Shown here: in pieces, positions 29,263 through 39,177 of the stretch
Layout of the letters: the number at the start of each line of letters is the position of its first letter
Numbering within the stretch: the first letter of the stretch is position 1
From: an uncultured Candidatus Saccharibacteria bacterium
Lineage (GTDB): Bacteria > Patescibacteriota > Minisyncoccia > Phycocordibacterales > DSPV01
Length of the DNA stretch: 64,000 bases
Assembly (NCBI GenBank): GCA_964574355.1
Contig: CAZNMD010000001.1
Coordinates: 26,180-90,179, forward strand
Reading direction: 5' to 3'
The notes under the pieces: model-generated
Database searches by the model: none
What the model saw: only the letters and a program-made list of their open reading frames with translations
What the model was told of the DNA's origin: nothing
Translations under genes and position numbers: made by a program

Positions 29263-30383
29263 AAATTGTCATGACAGGAGGGGGAAGTGGCGGCCACTTA
29301 TATCCCATTCTCGCTATCGCAGACGCAATCGAAGAAATCGTAAAAAAAGAACACCTTGTTGAGCCAAAAGTTTGGTTTGTATCTTCTGAAAGTTACGACA
29401 AAGGACTTCTGTATCAGCATGGATTACGCGGAAAAGTAATTCAAACAGGGAAGCGCAGACTGTATCGTTCGTCCAAAAACTTTTTTGATATTTTCAAAAC
29501 GGGCCATGCTATTATTCGAGCCCTTTTTTTCCTTTTTAGAACTTACCCCGACGTCGTTTTTGGAAAAGGTGGATATGCAAGTTTTCCCTCCCTTTTTGCG
29601 GCTCGCCTCCTTAGAATTCCGGTCGTTGTTCATGAATCAGACACAGTACCAGGACGAGTAAACTTGTGGGCAGGCAAATTTGCTAAACGAATTGCAGTTT
29701 CTTACCCCGAAGCAGCAAAATATTTTCCGGAAGATAGGGTGGCCTGGACAGGGAATCCTATTCGAAAAAGCATCATTACTCCGATAAAAGATGGCGCGGC
29801 TGCATTTTTAAATCTTGAATCAGATATACCCACCGTCTTTATTGTGGGAGGTTCACTTGGTTCACAAAAAATTAACGAGGTTATTTTAGACACACTTGTT
29901 TCCATTCTTCCACAGTGCCAAATTATTCACCAAACGGGCAAAGAAAACTTTGCAGAAATTACCCGCTTAGCCGAAGTTGTTTTAGAAAACAACGAACACA
30001 AAAGTCGTTACCATCCTTTTGCTTATCTCGATGATCAAGCCCTGCAACTTATAGCTGGAAACGCAACGCTGGCCATAACTCGGGCCGGTTCAACTCTTTT
30101 TGAAATAGCCACCTGGGGAATTCCCTCTGTTGTTATTCCTATTACTGAATCAAACGGTAATCATCAGAAAAAAAATGCTTTTGCTTATGCACGAACAGGG
30201 GCTGCTGTTGTCATAGAAGAAGCAAACCTTGCACCCCATGTTCTCTCAAGTGAAATACTACGCCTCCTCAAAGATGAAGTTTTGCGACATAAAATGCGTG
30301 ATGCTGCGAAATCGTTTGCCCGTCTCGATGCCGCAGAGCTTATCGCACGAGAACTTATTGACGTTTGTCTTAAACATGAATAA
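29259..30383 (+). CDS. murG: Lipid II GlcNAc transferase MurG
   Basis: GGGSGGHLYP, KGGYAS, HESD, GNPIR, GGSLGS, HQKKNA. Confidence 0.97.
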   Translation: MKIVMTGGGSGGHLYPILAIADAIEEIVKKEHLVEPKVWFVSSESYDKGLLYQHGLRGKVIQTGKRRLYRSSKNFFDIFKTGHAIIRALFFLFRTYPDVVFGKGGYASFPSLFAARLLRIPVVVHESDTVPGRVNLWAGKFAKRIAVSYPEAAKYFPEDRVAWTGNPIRKSIITPIKDGAAAFLNLESDIPTVFIVGGSLGSQKINEVILDTLVSILPQCQIIHQTGKENFAEITRLAEVVLENNEHKSRYHPFAYLDDQALQLIAGNATLAITRAGSTLFEIATWGIPSVVIPITESNGNHQKKNAFAYARTGAAVVIEEANLAPHVLSSEILRLLKDEVLRHKMRDAAKSFARLDAAELIARELIDVCLKHE

Positions 30384-30386
30384 GTA

Positions 30387-31751
30387 ATGACTGCTTCAAA
30401 AAATAAAATCGTTGTCCGTATACCACCGTCACCTACAGGAAACCTGCATGTTGGAACAGCTCGAACAGCTCTTTACAACTACTTGTTTGCAAAAAAACAA
30501 GGAGGACTCATTCATTTGAGAATGGAAGATACGGATAAAGAACGATCGAAGTTAGAATTTGAAAAAAATATTATCGAAGGATTAGAATGGCTTGGTATAG
30601 AACCAACAAACAAAACGCCCGTTCGACAATCAGAACGAGGGGAACTCTATAAAAAAATACTACAACAGCTTATTTCGGAAAAAAAAGCCTACATATCAAA
30701 AGAAGCTCCCAAAAATGAAGGTGACCGATCTGAGGTAATCCGTTTCAAGAATCCAAACAGCACAATTACTTTTACCGATTTAATTCGCGGCGACATTTCT
30801 TTTAACACAACAGAGCTCGGAGATTTTGTTATCGCCAAAAGCATAGATGAGCCGCTCTACCACCTTGCGGTTGTGGCGGATGATATCGATATGGGAGTAA
30901 CTCATGTTATTCGAGGAGAAGACCATATCAGTAACACCCCAAGACAAATTCTTCTTATTGAAGCCTTGGGCGCGCCACGACCATCGTATGCCCATATCCC
31001 ACTTATTCTTGCGGCAGACCGTTCAAAAATGAGTAAACGCCATGGAGCTACGGCTGTAACCAGTTATCGTGACGCTGGTTATCTTCCAGAAGCTCTTATT
31101 AACTTTCTTGCCCTTTTAGGATGGAACCCTGGAACAGAGCAGGAGCTTTTCTCTTTGGAAGAGCTTATTCAAGCATTTGATTTATCAAAAGTTCAAAAGG
31201 GTGGGGCAATCTTCAATAACGAAAAACTCAACTGGTTCAATCGTGAATATATTAAAAAACTATCACCAGAAAAACGGCAAACGCTCATTAAAGAAGCTCT
31301 TAAGGCGGGAATAAAAAAAGAAGTCTCCATTGATGATGAGATGCTGCATCGTTCTGATGCGGTTATTACTGAACGTATCGCAACTTTTGGAGAAATAACG
31401 GAACAGGCAAAAATAGGAGCTTACGATTATTTATTTGAAAGTCCTTCCTTGGTACGTGATAAAATGCTCTTTAAGGGCGAAGGCGATTTTGCCCTAACCG
31501 CAACACACCTTGAAACAGCAATAAAACTCCTTGAGGAAATCTCAACGGAAAACCCTAACGCAGAAGAGGTAAAAGCTGTTCTTATGCCGTACGCGGAAAA
31601 AGAAGGTAAGGGAAGTGTTCTTTGGCCAATTCGTTATTCATTAACAGGCCTTGACCGCTCACCAGATCCTTTTACGGTGATTGCTCTTTTAGGTAAAACA
31701 AAATCAATCAATCGTCTCACGCTGGCAGCACAAATCGCCCTGCCAAAATAA
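30387..31751 (+). CDS. gltX: Glutamate--tRNA ligase
   Basis: PSPTGNLHVG, RMEDTD, THVIRGEDH, KMSKR. Confidence 0.97.
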   Translation: MTASKNKIVVRIPPSPTGNLHVGTARTALYNYLFAKKQGGLIHLRMEDTDKERSKLEFEKNIIEGLEWLGIEPTNKTPVRQSERGELYKKILQQLISEKKAYISKEAPKNEGDRSEVIRFKNPNSTITFTDLIRGDISFNTTELGDFVIAKSIDEPLYHLAVVADDIDMGVTHVIRGEDHISNTPRQILLIEALGAPRPSYAHIPLILAADRSKMSKRHGATAVTSYRDAGYLPEALINFLALLGWNPGTEQELFSLEELIQAFDLSKVQKGGAIFNNEKLNWFNREYIKKLSPEKRQTLIKEALKAGIKKEVSIDDEMLHRSDAVITERIATFGEITEQAKIGAYDYLFESPSLVRDKMLFKGEGDFALTATHLETAIKLLEEISTENPNAEEVKAVLMPYAEKEGKGSVLWPIRYSLTGLDRSPDPFTVIALLGKTKSINRLTLAAQIALPK

Positions 31752-31760
31752 AAAGAAGGG

Positions 31761-33074
31761 GTGTTCCACATACCACAAAAAAAGATACATACTTTAGGTA
31801 TTGTCGCATCTATTATTGCGAGTGTTTTTTCTTTTACAACTTATGTAGTTGCACAAACAACTTCCGCCTCAGACCCAACAGCCCTCAACGAAAAAATTGA
31901 ATCAAGAAGAAAAGACATTGAAGCACTTGAAAAAGAAATAGAGCAAGATCGAGCTGAACTTTCAAAGCTTGGTGGTCAAAAAAACTCTCTCGCAAATGAA
32001 ATTAAGGTTCTCGACCTTACTCGAACAAAACTACAAAAAGAAATTTCGGTAACAACCAATAAAATATCTATTACTGACTCCGAACTTATTGGATTAGGTG
32101 ACAGCATAGCTGAAAAAGAAACTCGACGAATAAAAACCGTAGCCTCCTTGGCTCAAACAGTGAGATCATTACGAGAAACAGATGATTTATCTCTTGTTGA
32201 AACTCTCCTTTCAAGTAAGACACTTTCAGAAATTTGGGAAGACGTTGATATGATTAACTCTCTTCAAACAGCGCTTTCATCTAACCTTTCTTCGGTTATC
32301 GCCATAAAAGCAGACCTTGAGATAAAAAAAACTGAGACTGAGGGTAAACGCAAAGAATTAGCTTCTTATCACAGAACACTTGCTGATCAAAAATCAGTCG
32401 TCGACTATACAACTCGACAAAAAAATACCCTACTCGGAAGTGTAAAAAGCAAAGAATCAGAGTATCAAAAGCTAGTAGCGGCCAAGCTTGCAAAAAAACA
32501 AGCATTCGAAAAAGAATTGCTCGATATTGAAGCTGAATTACGCTACATTACCGATCCTTCGATGATACCTCCTGCACAGCCTGGGATGTTACGCTGGCCA
32601 CTTGCTTCAATAAAAGTCACTCAACAGTTTGGTGACACAGATTTTTCTCGAGCTAACCCAGGTGTATACAGCGGTAAAGGACACAACGGAGCTGATTTTG
32701 GTGCACCAATCGGAACTCCTATCCTTGCGGCACAATCAGGGGTTATTGAAGGTGTTGGCGACACCGACAAAACCTGCCCTGGGGCTTCGTACGGAAAGTG
32801 GATTCTTATTCGACACAAAAATGGCCTCTCAACGCTCTATGCTCACCTTTCAGTAATTCGAGCAGAAGAAGGACAATCAGTTGAAGCAGGGCAGACTATT
32901 GGATATGTTGGTCTTACCGGCTATACAACTGGTCCCCATTTACACTTTACGGTTTATGCAACAGCTGGTGTTAAGATTGTAGACAGAAAAAGTGCCGTAT
33001 GTGGTGGCACCTATCACATGCCCATAGCTGATTTACGCGCCTACTTAAATCCACTTCTTTATTTACCCTCTTAA
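31761..33074 (+). CDS. Coiled-coil M23 peptidoglycan endopeptidase (EnvC/MepM-like)
   Basis: Signal/TM, long coiled coil, HNGAD and TGPHLHF zinc motifs intact. Confidence 0.9.
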   Translation: MFHIPQKKIHTLGIVASIIASVFSFTTYVVAQTTSASDPTALNEKIESRRKDIEALEKEIEQDRAELSKLGGQKNSLANEIKVLDLTRTKLQKEISVTTNKISITDSELIGLGDSIAEKETRRIKTVASLAQTVRSLRETDDLSLVETLLSSKTLSEIWEDVDMINSLQTALSSNLSSVIAIKADLEIKKTETEGKRKELASYHRTLADQKSVVDYTTRQKNTLLGSVKSKESEYQKLVAAKLAKKQAFEKELLDIEAELRYITDPSMIPPAQPGMLRWPLASIKVTQQFGDTDFSRANPGVYSGKGHNGADFGAPIGTPILAAQSGVIEGVGDTDKTCPGASYGKWILIRHKNGLSTLYAHLSVIRAEEGQSVEAGQTIGYVGLTGYTTGPHLHFTVYATAGVKIVDRKSAVCGGTYHMPIADLRAYLNPLLYLPS

Positions 33075-33112
33075 GAACCTCCTTTACTTGCAAAAGTAAA
33101 GTAATTAACCTC

Positions 33113-33418
33113 ATGCATCACACAACAACAGACAAGGGCGGTTTTATAAAAATGCTTATTCTTATAGTTATCGCCGTTGGTACACTTTGGTACTTCAAAA
33201 TCGACGTTCGCGGTTTAAGTGGCATAGAACCAGAGTCTCGTTACAAATATGTTTGGCGAGCCAAAATTGATTACTATTGGTACAGCTTTTATGTATGGTA
33301 TGACTCACAAACCACATCCAGTAAGCCAATTGGCTGGATTCAAAATAAAGTAAACTCATTGATCAGGGAGGATAAAATAAATACTCCCACATCCACCAGT
33401 ACTCAAAGTCTCCTTTAA
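33113..33418 (+). CDS. Small membrane protein with prepilin-like N-terminus
   Basis: KGGF followed by a hydrophobic stretch, but no Glu at +5. Confidence 0.6.
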   Translation: MHHTTTDKGGFIKMLILIVIAVGTLWYFKIDVRGLSGIEPESRYKYVWRAKIDYYWYSFYVWYDSQTTSSKPIGWIQNKVNSLIREDKINTPTSTSTQSLL

Positions 33419-33695
33419 ACAACATCGGCTTACTGAAACCTGAACCAACCACATTAAGATACCAAACCTTTTCTGTGCGGTATCAGAACTTTTTTACTCT
33501 TGGTCTATGTCGTAAAAGATATATTGTGCGACACGTATACAAGAAAGAACGCTCGCAAAGACTTATCCTTCAAAATGTGAAACTTCTCTACCCTCATGAC
33601 TATGCTGGCTAAAAGACTTCAGACTACACATTTAGAATACAAAGATATTTTCATATCTCTTCTCTTTTAAAAAATGATATTCTTCGTTCCAATCG

Positions 33696-33738
33696 CAAAA
33701 ACAAAAAATCTCCCGGAAAGGGAGATTTTTTGTTTTTG
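33696..33738. terminator. Bidirectional terminator
   Basis: CAAAAACAAAAAATCTCCC-GGAAA-GGGAGATTTTTTGTTTTTG. Confidence 0.85.
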
Positions 33739-33741
33739 GAG

Positions 33742-34278
33742 TTATGAATTTGCAGCATCCCAACAAGCTGATGATGCATTCCAAGGTTTTACTCCCTGTT
33801 TTTCAAAAAGATATCGCGCATAAGCCATATTGCCGCGAAGCGTGTAAATGTCGTACCCGAGATCTTTTGCCTGCTTACCGTGGTAGCGCTCATTGATCTG
33901 CATAATACCAACATCTTTCGAATCAACTTTTCCTCGAAGCACTGAACCGTTTGTATCATTGTGCTTGAATGTTGACTCACAAAACGCAATACGAGCTAAA
34001 ACGGGCTGATGTTCGAAAAAAGCTTGAACGTACTCTCGACGGTCTTCTATAGGAAGCGTCGCATCAAGTGTCTCAATTGATAATAGATCAACCCCTCCTT
34101 TTTCTTTTTGTGAAGTATCTCCCTCAACATCTGTGACAGAGAAATTTGATAACTCTCTCACTTCAACAACTTGATTCGTCGCATCAACAAGCATAAGAGG
34201 TGTTGGATAAGACGTTGTTGATTGGGCAGATGTTGCCACAAACATAATGCCTATAAACAATTCTTTTACTATATTCAT
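33742..34278 (-). CDS. Secreted lysozyme-like / lytic transglycosylase domain protein
   Basis: IAFCES (catalytic Glu), DVGIMQIN, GNMAYA, PWNAS; N-terminal signal. Confidence 0.8.
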   Translation of the reverse strand: MNIVKELFIGIMFVATSAQSTTSYPTPLMLVDATNQVVEVRELSNFSVTDVEGDTSQKEKGGVDLLSIETLDATLPIEDRREYVQAFFEHQPVLARIAFCESTFKHNDTNGSVLRGKVDSKDVGIMQINERYHGKQAKDLGYDIYTLRGNMAYARYLFEKQGVKPWNASSACWDAANS

Positions 34279-34461
34279 ATATTTTTGTTTTGAGGTGTCC
34301 TAAATAACAGACCTGCCACAAATTAAAAATCAGAGTCGTTCGGCTCTGATACCCTACTATGTTAGCATAAAGAATATACCCTGTCAATAGTCTAAAACAT
34401 AAAAACAACAAAATAACGGCTTAGTTTAGCCGTTTAAACAGAATCCCTAATAGGCCACATT

Positions 34462-35208
34462 TTAACGATTTTCGCTACTTTCGATGTACCGAACCTCAAA
34501 TTTGGTTTTTTCTCCTGCCTCTGCTGAAACAATTGCATCTTTTAGGTTTACACTCGCTTTACTGCCAGGCAAAACACGTACTTCATACTCACCAGAAGGT
34601 ACTACTACCTCAAAAGAGCCGTTTTCATTAGACTCAACAACTCTTTCAACTTTACCGTTTTTAAATAGAGCAAATTTTGTCTGATAAGGTCGCGGTGGAC
34701 ACTTTTGACGTTCCGTAGTGCTCCCTACACTGCTCTCATCACACGCTTCATCCAAAAGAACGATCCCGTACAAAGTAGACGTTTGAGTCACCCTTTCTCC
34801 ATTTGAAATCTTTTTTTCTACAAGAATCTCTTGCTTGCCTATCTCTTTAAAGCCGAACACGTCAGTTACAGTAGCAAGAGCTATAATTCCAAGACTTAAC
34901 GTTGTGTACAAAATAACCACCACCGTCCGATTTCCTCTTCGTAAAGGAATAATCCGATCGCCATATACCTGATCCCAGGTCTTAAGTCCTTGTACAACTC
35001 CAACAATCAAACCTACCGCAACAAGAGCAAGATACACATAATTAAAAGGGTCTTGTTTACCAAAAGCATATCCAAGGGTTGTAGAAATATCGTCAATCGA
35101 CTGAAAATCGAGCATGGTAAGGTATGCAAATTCTGTTGACCAGGCAACAATAGCACCTATCACCAAACCCAACGCAGCAAACAATACTACATAAAAAGGC
35201 CTCTTCAT
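34462..35208 (-). CDS. Hypothetical membrane protein with C-terminal beta-sandwich domain
   Basis: Three TMs; C-terminal CPPRPY...SNENGSFEVVVPSGEYEV. Confidence 0.75.
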   Translation of the reverse strand: MKRPFYVVLFAALGLVIGAIVAWSTEFAYLTMLDFQSIDDISTTLGYAFGKQDPFNYVYLALVAVGLIVGVVQGLKTWDQVYGDRIIPLRRGNRTVVVILYTTLSLGIIALATVTDVFGFKEIGKQEILVEKKISNGERVTQTSTLYGIVLLDEACDESSVGSTTERQKCPPRPYQTKFALFKNGKVERVVESNENGSFEVVVPSGEYEVRVLPGSKASVNLKDAIVSAEAGEKTKFEVRYIESSENR

Positions 35209-35275
35209 GTAAGAATTTTAACATGACATCGGTTTAGTTCCGATATCCTTTTATCTGTGTTTTCTCAAAAAAATA

Positions 35276-35707
35276 CTATTTTGTTCCCTTGCAAGCGGTT
35301 GATGGTTTATACCCCTGCCGAACAGCGGCTTCAGACGAAGCAAAACGAACAAGATTCTCTGGCTTAATGCGACTTACAGCCGAACACCATGGTAAGTAGT
35401 ACACCGTTCCATTTTTACTCGCGACTACCTCTCCTTCACCTTCTATAGAAGCCGTAGTTGTTGTCTCAATTGCTATAGGTATAAAACTATCAGCGACCTT
35501 GGCAACATATGACCCATTCTGAAGATAAGGACCGACAATTTGGACCTTATCAGAGCTTTCACGAGAAAGAGAAAGTCGCCCAAGAGAAAATGAGGTTATT
35601 CCAACAAAAATAAGAACTAACGGTATGTAAAAATGGGGTAAATACCTCCAAACACGGCCAAGAAGGGCCCTTCCCTTGCTTTCTTTCAATTCATCAGGTA
35701 TACTCAT
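35276..35707 (-). CDS. Membrane protein with Ada-like metal-binding domain
   Basis: TM then VASKNGTVYYLPWC...IKPEN...GYKPSTAC. Confidence 0.8.
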   Translation of the reverse strand: MSIPDELKESKGRALLGRVWRYLPHFYIPLVLIFVGITSFSLGRLSLSRESSDKVQIVGPYLQNGSYVAKVADSFIPIAIETTTTASIEGEGEVVASKNGTVYYLPWCSAVSRIKPENLVRFASSEAAVRQGYKPSTACKGTK

Positions 35708-35738
35708 TCAACTTTGATTATAGCAAACACGACTAACC

Positions 35739-36125
35739 ATGGCATCAACTAAATCCGGCGGAACAGCAAGTAACCTAAACGACTCCAACCCAAAGTACCT
35801 CGGGGTGAAGCTTTATGATGGTGAAAAGGCTCAAATTGGCTCAATTATTGTTCGTCAACGTGGAACGAAAATCCTCGCAGGAAAAAACGTTGGCACAGGC
35901 AAGGATCACACCCTCTTCGCTTCAGCGACAGGCACGGTTTCTTTTGGAACTAAACGAAGTATGCGCTTTAACAACAGACAAGTTATTAAACGAACAGTGA
36001 GCGTCATTCCGTCCGAAGGAACACCTACCTCAAAGAAACCAAAAGAAAAGAAAATTACCCCAAAAGAGACGATCAAAGTTGAAGCACCAAAAACCCCGAA
36101 GAAAAAAGCAGCTGGTACCAAATAA
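35739..36125 (+). CDS. rpmA: 50S ribosomal protein L27 with Lys/Pro-rich C-terminal extension
   Basis: [26 protein letters not shown]. Confidence 0.96.
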   Translation: MASTKSGGTASNLNDSNPKYLGVKLYDGEKAQIGSIIVRQRGTKILAGKNVGTGKDHTLFASATGTVSFGTKRSMRFNNRQVIKRTVSVIPSEGTPTSKKPKEKKITPKETIKVEAPKTPKKKAAGTK

Positions 36126-36161
36126 CAAAAAAGCTCCACACGGTGGAGCTTTTTTGTTATT
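36121..36161. terminator. Bidirectional terminator
   Basis: AATAACAAAAAAGCTCCAC-ACG-GTGGAGCTTTTTTGTTATT. Confidence 0.85.
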
Positions 36162-36315
36162 GATTCTTTTGTTTCTTTTGGGGCAAAATTGCGTCCAATT
36201 CTTCAAGGGTCACATCAGCCCCAACTATTGCGATTGAAAAACCTTCATCCGAAAGCATGCCGGCTACCACATGCTCGGGCGGCTGCTCTTTATTTTTTCT
36301 ATCTTTTTGATCCAT
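36157..36315 (-). CDS. Small hypothetical protein (52 aa) downstream of rplI, below the ORF-track cutoff
   Basis: MDQKDRKNKEQPPEHVVAGMLSDEGFSIAIVGADVTLEELDAILPQKKQKNQ; fills the gap between rplI and the terminator. Confidence 0.5.
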   Translation of the reverse strand: MDQKDRKNKEQPPEHVVAGMLSDEGFSIAIVGADVTLEELDAILPQKKQKNQ

Positions 36316-36348
36316 TACAATCAACACCTAACTAGCCAACCTACCTAA

Positions 36349-36798
36349 TTATTTACTCTCAGCAACGATAGTTACGGTAATAGCACCTTTTTTATCTCCT
36401 ACCTGAATATGAACACGCTCACTACCAACCTTCTTAAGGGCCGCTTCAAGCTTGATATGTCGTGGCTCAAAAGAAACCTTATATTTATCCAAAATTGCCT
36501 TAGCAATATCTACCTCATGAACAGCAGCAAACAGATGTCCTTGTTCATTAACCGCACGAGAAATGATAACCTCTTCGCCATTTACCTTCCCCACTTCAGC
36601 AGCAATTAATGACTCAATAGCCGCTCGCTTTGCCTCTTCTTCTGTTTTTATCTTGGTAAGACGACGAAGGGCCGCTGGAGTAGCTGTCTCAGCCTTACCC
36701 TGTGGAATAAGCGCATTCGCAGCGTAGCCGTCAGCTACGTCTTTTACCTCATACTTGCGTCCAACCTTTGCAATATCGTGCAATAAAATGACTTTCAT
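36349..36798 (-). CDS. rplI: 50S ribosomal protein L9
   Basis: MKVILLHD, VADGYAANALIPQG, GHLFAAV. Confidence 0.96.
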   Translation of the reverse strand: MKVILLHDIAKVGRKYEVKDVADGYAANALIPQGKAETATPAALRRLTKIKTEEEAKRAAIESLIAAEVGKVNGEEVIISRAVNEQGHLFAAVHEVDIAKAILDKYKVSFEPRHIKLEAALKKVGSERVHIQVGDKKGAITVTIVAESK

Positions 36799-36883
36799 GC
36801 AGTTAAATCGTTATATGTGATTATGTGTTGTGCTATCGTAACCCGTTTTTAGCTTATCTGCAATATGCCAAACAGAAAGGTGA

Positions 36884-38176
36884 TTAACGAGCTTTTGTTG
36901 TTGTTGCGGAAGACATACTAGGTTTTTTCCCTGTTTTAAGAAACTCTGCTGCAGCCTCAAGTTGAGTATCTTTTTTTGCCTCAAGATCTTCTTTCGTTAT
37001 TGTAATCTGAATATCAGGGACAATACCATTCTTACTAATTGAAACCCCACTTGGTGTAAGCCAACGAGCAATAGTTACCTTAAGTGCGGTGTCTTCCGTA
37101 ATAGGAACAAGCTCCTGAACTGAACCTTTTCCAAAAGAGGTTTTACCAACCAAGGTTGCTCTCTTATGATCACGAAGTGCTCCTGCAAAAATTTCTGACG
37201 CAGAAGCTGAACCCTCATCAATCATGACAACAATTTTTATATCATTACCAAAGACATTATATCCACGACTTCGATATACCTCCGATCCTTCATGAGCACC
37301 TCGATCCTCAGAAACAATCAACTCACCTTGCGGCAAAAACCAACTAGCCATATCAACAGCAGCTTCAAGATATCCCCCCGGATTAGATCGAAGATCAATA
37401 ATTAAATTTTTATTCTCAGAAACAACGAATTCTCGGAGGGCTTCACGAAATTGATTTACCACAACTCCAGAAAAACTATGCACTCGGATAACAAAAACTC
37501 CATCTTTGCGAGCAATAGTTTCAACCGTTGGAACGGTTATCACGTCACGCACAATAGAAACTTCAAAAGGATCACTGGTTCCTGCCCGAAACAAAAGCAA
37601 ACGGACCGTTGTTCCTTTTGTTCCTCGAATCTTTTTAACAGCGTCATCAACACCCATCCCAGTTGTAAGAATGTCATCAATTTTCAAAATCTTATCACCA
37701 GGTTTTATACCTGCTCGCTCAGCCGGATTTCCTTTCAAAGGAGCGACGACCGTTAACACTTCTTCCTTAATTCCAATTTCCATTCCAACTCCTTCAAACT
37801 GTCCACTAACCTCTTCATCAAATTCTTTCTTTTCTACGGGTGGAAAAAATTGAGTATAAGGATCACCAAGAGATGCCGCCAATCCAGCTATTGCACCATA
37901 CACCTTCGTTTGATCGTCGGTTGTTGTCGAACTAACGAAACGATCATTAATAACATTCCAAGCTTTCCAAAATGAGCCAAAATCAATATCACTTGACCCA
38001 ACAAGAGGTTCTTTATTAGCAAGACCGATAACCTTATCAACCTCTCTTGCGGCTGATTCTGCCCCAAAGTAATACCCAAGAGCCCCAACAGAGAGAAGTG
38101 AAAAAACAAAAATGAGAGTAAACGGCAAGGTGCGCCCGAATGAAATCGAGCGGATTTTTTTTCTTATTTCAATCAT
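36884..38176 (-). CDS. C-terminal processing protease (S41, CtpA/Prc family)
   Basis: DPYT, PDZ GVGMEI, IIDLRSNPGG, SASASEI, FGKGSVQ. Confidence 0.95.
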   Translation of the reverse strand: MIEIRKKIRSISFGRTLPFTLIFVFSLLSVGALGYYFGAESAAREVDKVIGLANKEPLVGSSDIDFGSFWKAWNVINDRFVSSTTTDDQTKVYGAIAGLAASLGDPYTQFFPPVEKKEFDEEVSGQFEGVGMEIGIKEEVLTVVAPLKGNPAERAGIKPGDKILKIDDILTTGMGVDDAVKKIRGTKGTTVRLLLFRAGTSDPFEVSIVRDVITVPTVETIARKDGVFVIRVHSFSGVVVNQFREALREFVVSENKNLIIDLRSNPGGYLEAAVDMASWFLPQGELIVSEDRGAHEGSEVYRSRGYNVFGNDIKIVVMIDEGSASASEIFAGALRDHKRATLVGKTSFGKGSVQELVPITEDTALKVTIARWLTPSGVSISKNGIVPDIQITITKEDLEAKKDTQLEAAAEFLKTGKKPSMSSATTTKAR

Positions 38177-38255
38177 GTATGGGCATTATCTCAGGTTTTA
38201 AACAAAGCAGTCAACCATATCGCTAAACAAGAGATACGCGTGTTATAATTTTTTC

Positions 38256-39170
38256 ATGTTACAGCGACGAACACATCGCGACTTAGTTTGGATTGACGTT
38301 GAATCACCAACCACGCACGACATTCGACCACTCGCAGAAGAATATGGCATTCATCCACTCGTAGCAGACGAACTTCTCGGCCCTTCCCTGAAACCAAAAG
38401 TTGATTACCACGGAACACTGATTTATTGTGTTCTCCACTTTCCTGCACTAAAACATAGCCATCGTGAATCAACTGACCAAGAAATCGATTTTGTTATTGG
38501 AAAAAATTTCCTCATTACAGCTCATTATGACACCATCGATCCCCTTCTTAAATTTTCAAAAGTTTTTGAGGTAAATTCAACACTCAATCACGACACCTTA
38601 GGAGAACACGCAGGATACATTTTCTATTATTTAGTTAAAAAATTGTATCGATCTTTACACAATGAACTTGCAATAATCAGCGGTTCACTTTCAAAAATAG
38701 AAAAAGAAACGTTCAGAGGGAGAGAGCGAGATATGGTCATAGAGTTATCTAAAACCGCACGCGACATTTTAACTATGAAACGAGCCTTATCTTTGCACGG
38801 TGATGTTTTAAGCTCTTTGCGCCACGCAGCAAAAAGAATGTTTGGTGAAGAATTTGATTTTTATCTTCGTGATATTGAAGACGAATACACCAAAGTTATT
38901 CATTCATTACGAGACCTCTCGGAATCTTTGCATGAACTTCGAAGTACCAATGACTCACTTTTAACAACCAAACAAAATCAAATTGCCCAAACATTAACCG
39001 TTATGGCGTTCATGGTTTTGCCAACCTCACTTATTGCAACGCTGTTTTCAATGCAAGTTGAATCTATTCCCTTCACTGGTCAACCAAACGGTTTTTGGCT
39101 CGTCTTTGGAATAATTGTCACAGTGATTTTATTTATCTATCTATTCTTTAAGCGCAAAGAGTGGATCTAA
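38256..39170 (+). CDS. CorA-family divalent cation transporter
   Basis: WIDV, IHPLV, LTV...LP..LIA two-TM C-terminus, FKRKEWI; GMN replaced by SMQ. Confidence 0.88.
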   Translation: MLQRRTHRDLVWIDVESPTTHDIRPLAEEYGIHPLVADELLGPSLKPKVDYHGTLIYCVLHFPALKHSHRESTDQEIDFVIGKNFLITAHYDTIDPLLKFSKVFEVNSTLNHDTLGEHAGYIFYYLVKKLYRSLHNELAIISGSLSKIEKETFRGRERDMVIELSKTARDILTMKRALSLHGDVLSSLRHAAKRMFGEEFDFYLRDIEDEYTKVIHSLRDLSESLHELRSTNDSLLTTKQNQIAQTLTVMAFMVLPTSLIATLFSMQVESIPFTGQPNGFWLVFGIIVTVILFIYLFFKRKEWI

Positions 39171-39177
39171 CACATCT

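Noticed and set aside
33113-33418. Type IV pilin
   Set aside because: It has a G-F start and a hydrophobic helix but lacks Glu at +5 and any pil gene context.
33419-33695. Hidden gene or RNA in the 280-bp spacer
   Set aside because: Only very short ORFs (about 30 aa) in the frames I read and no convincing stable structure.
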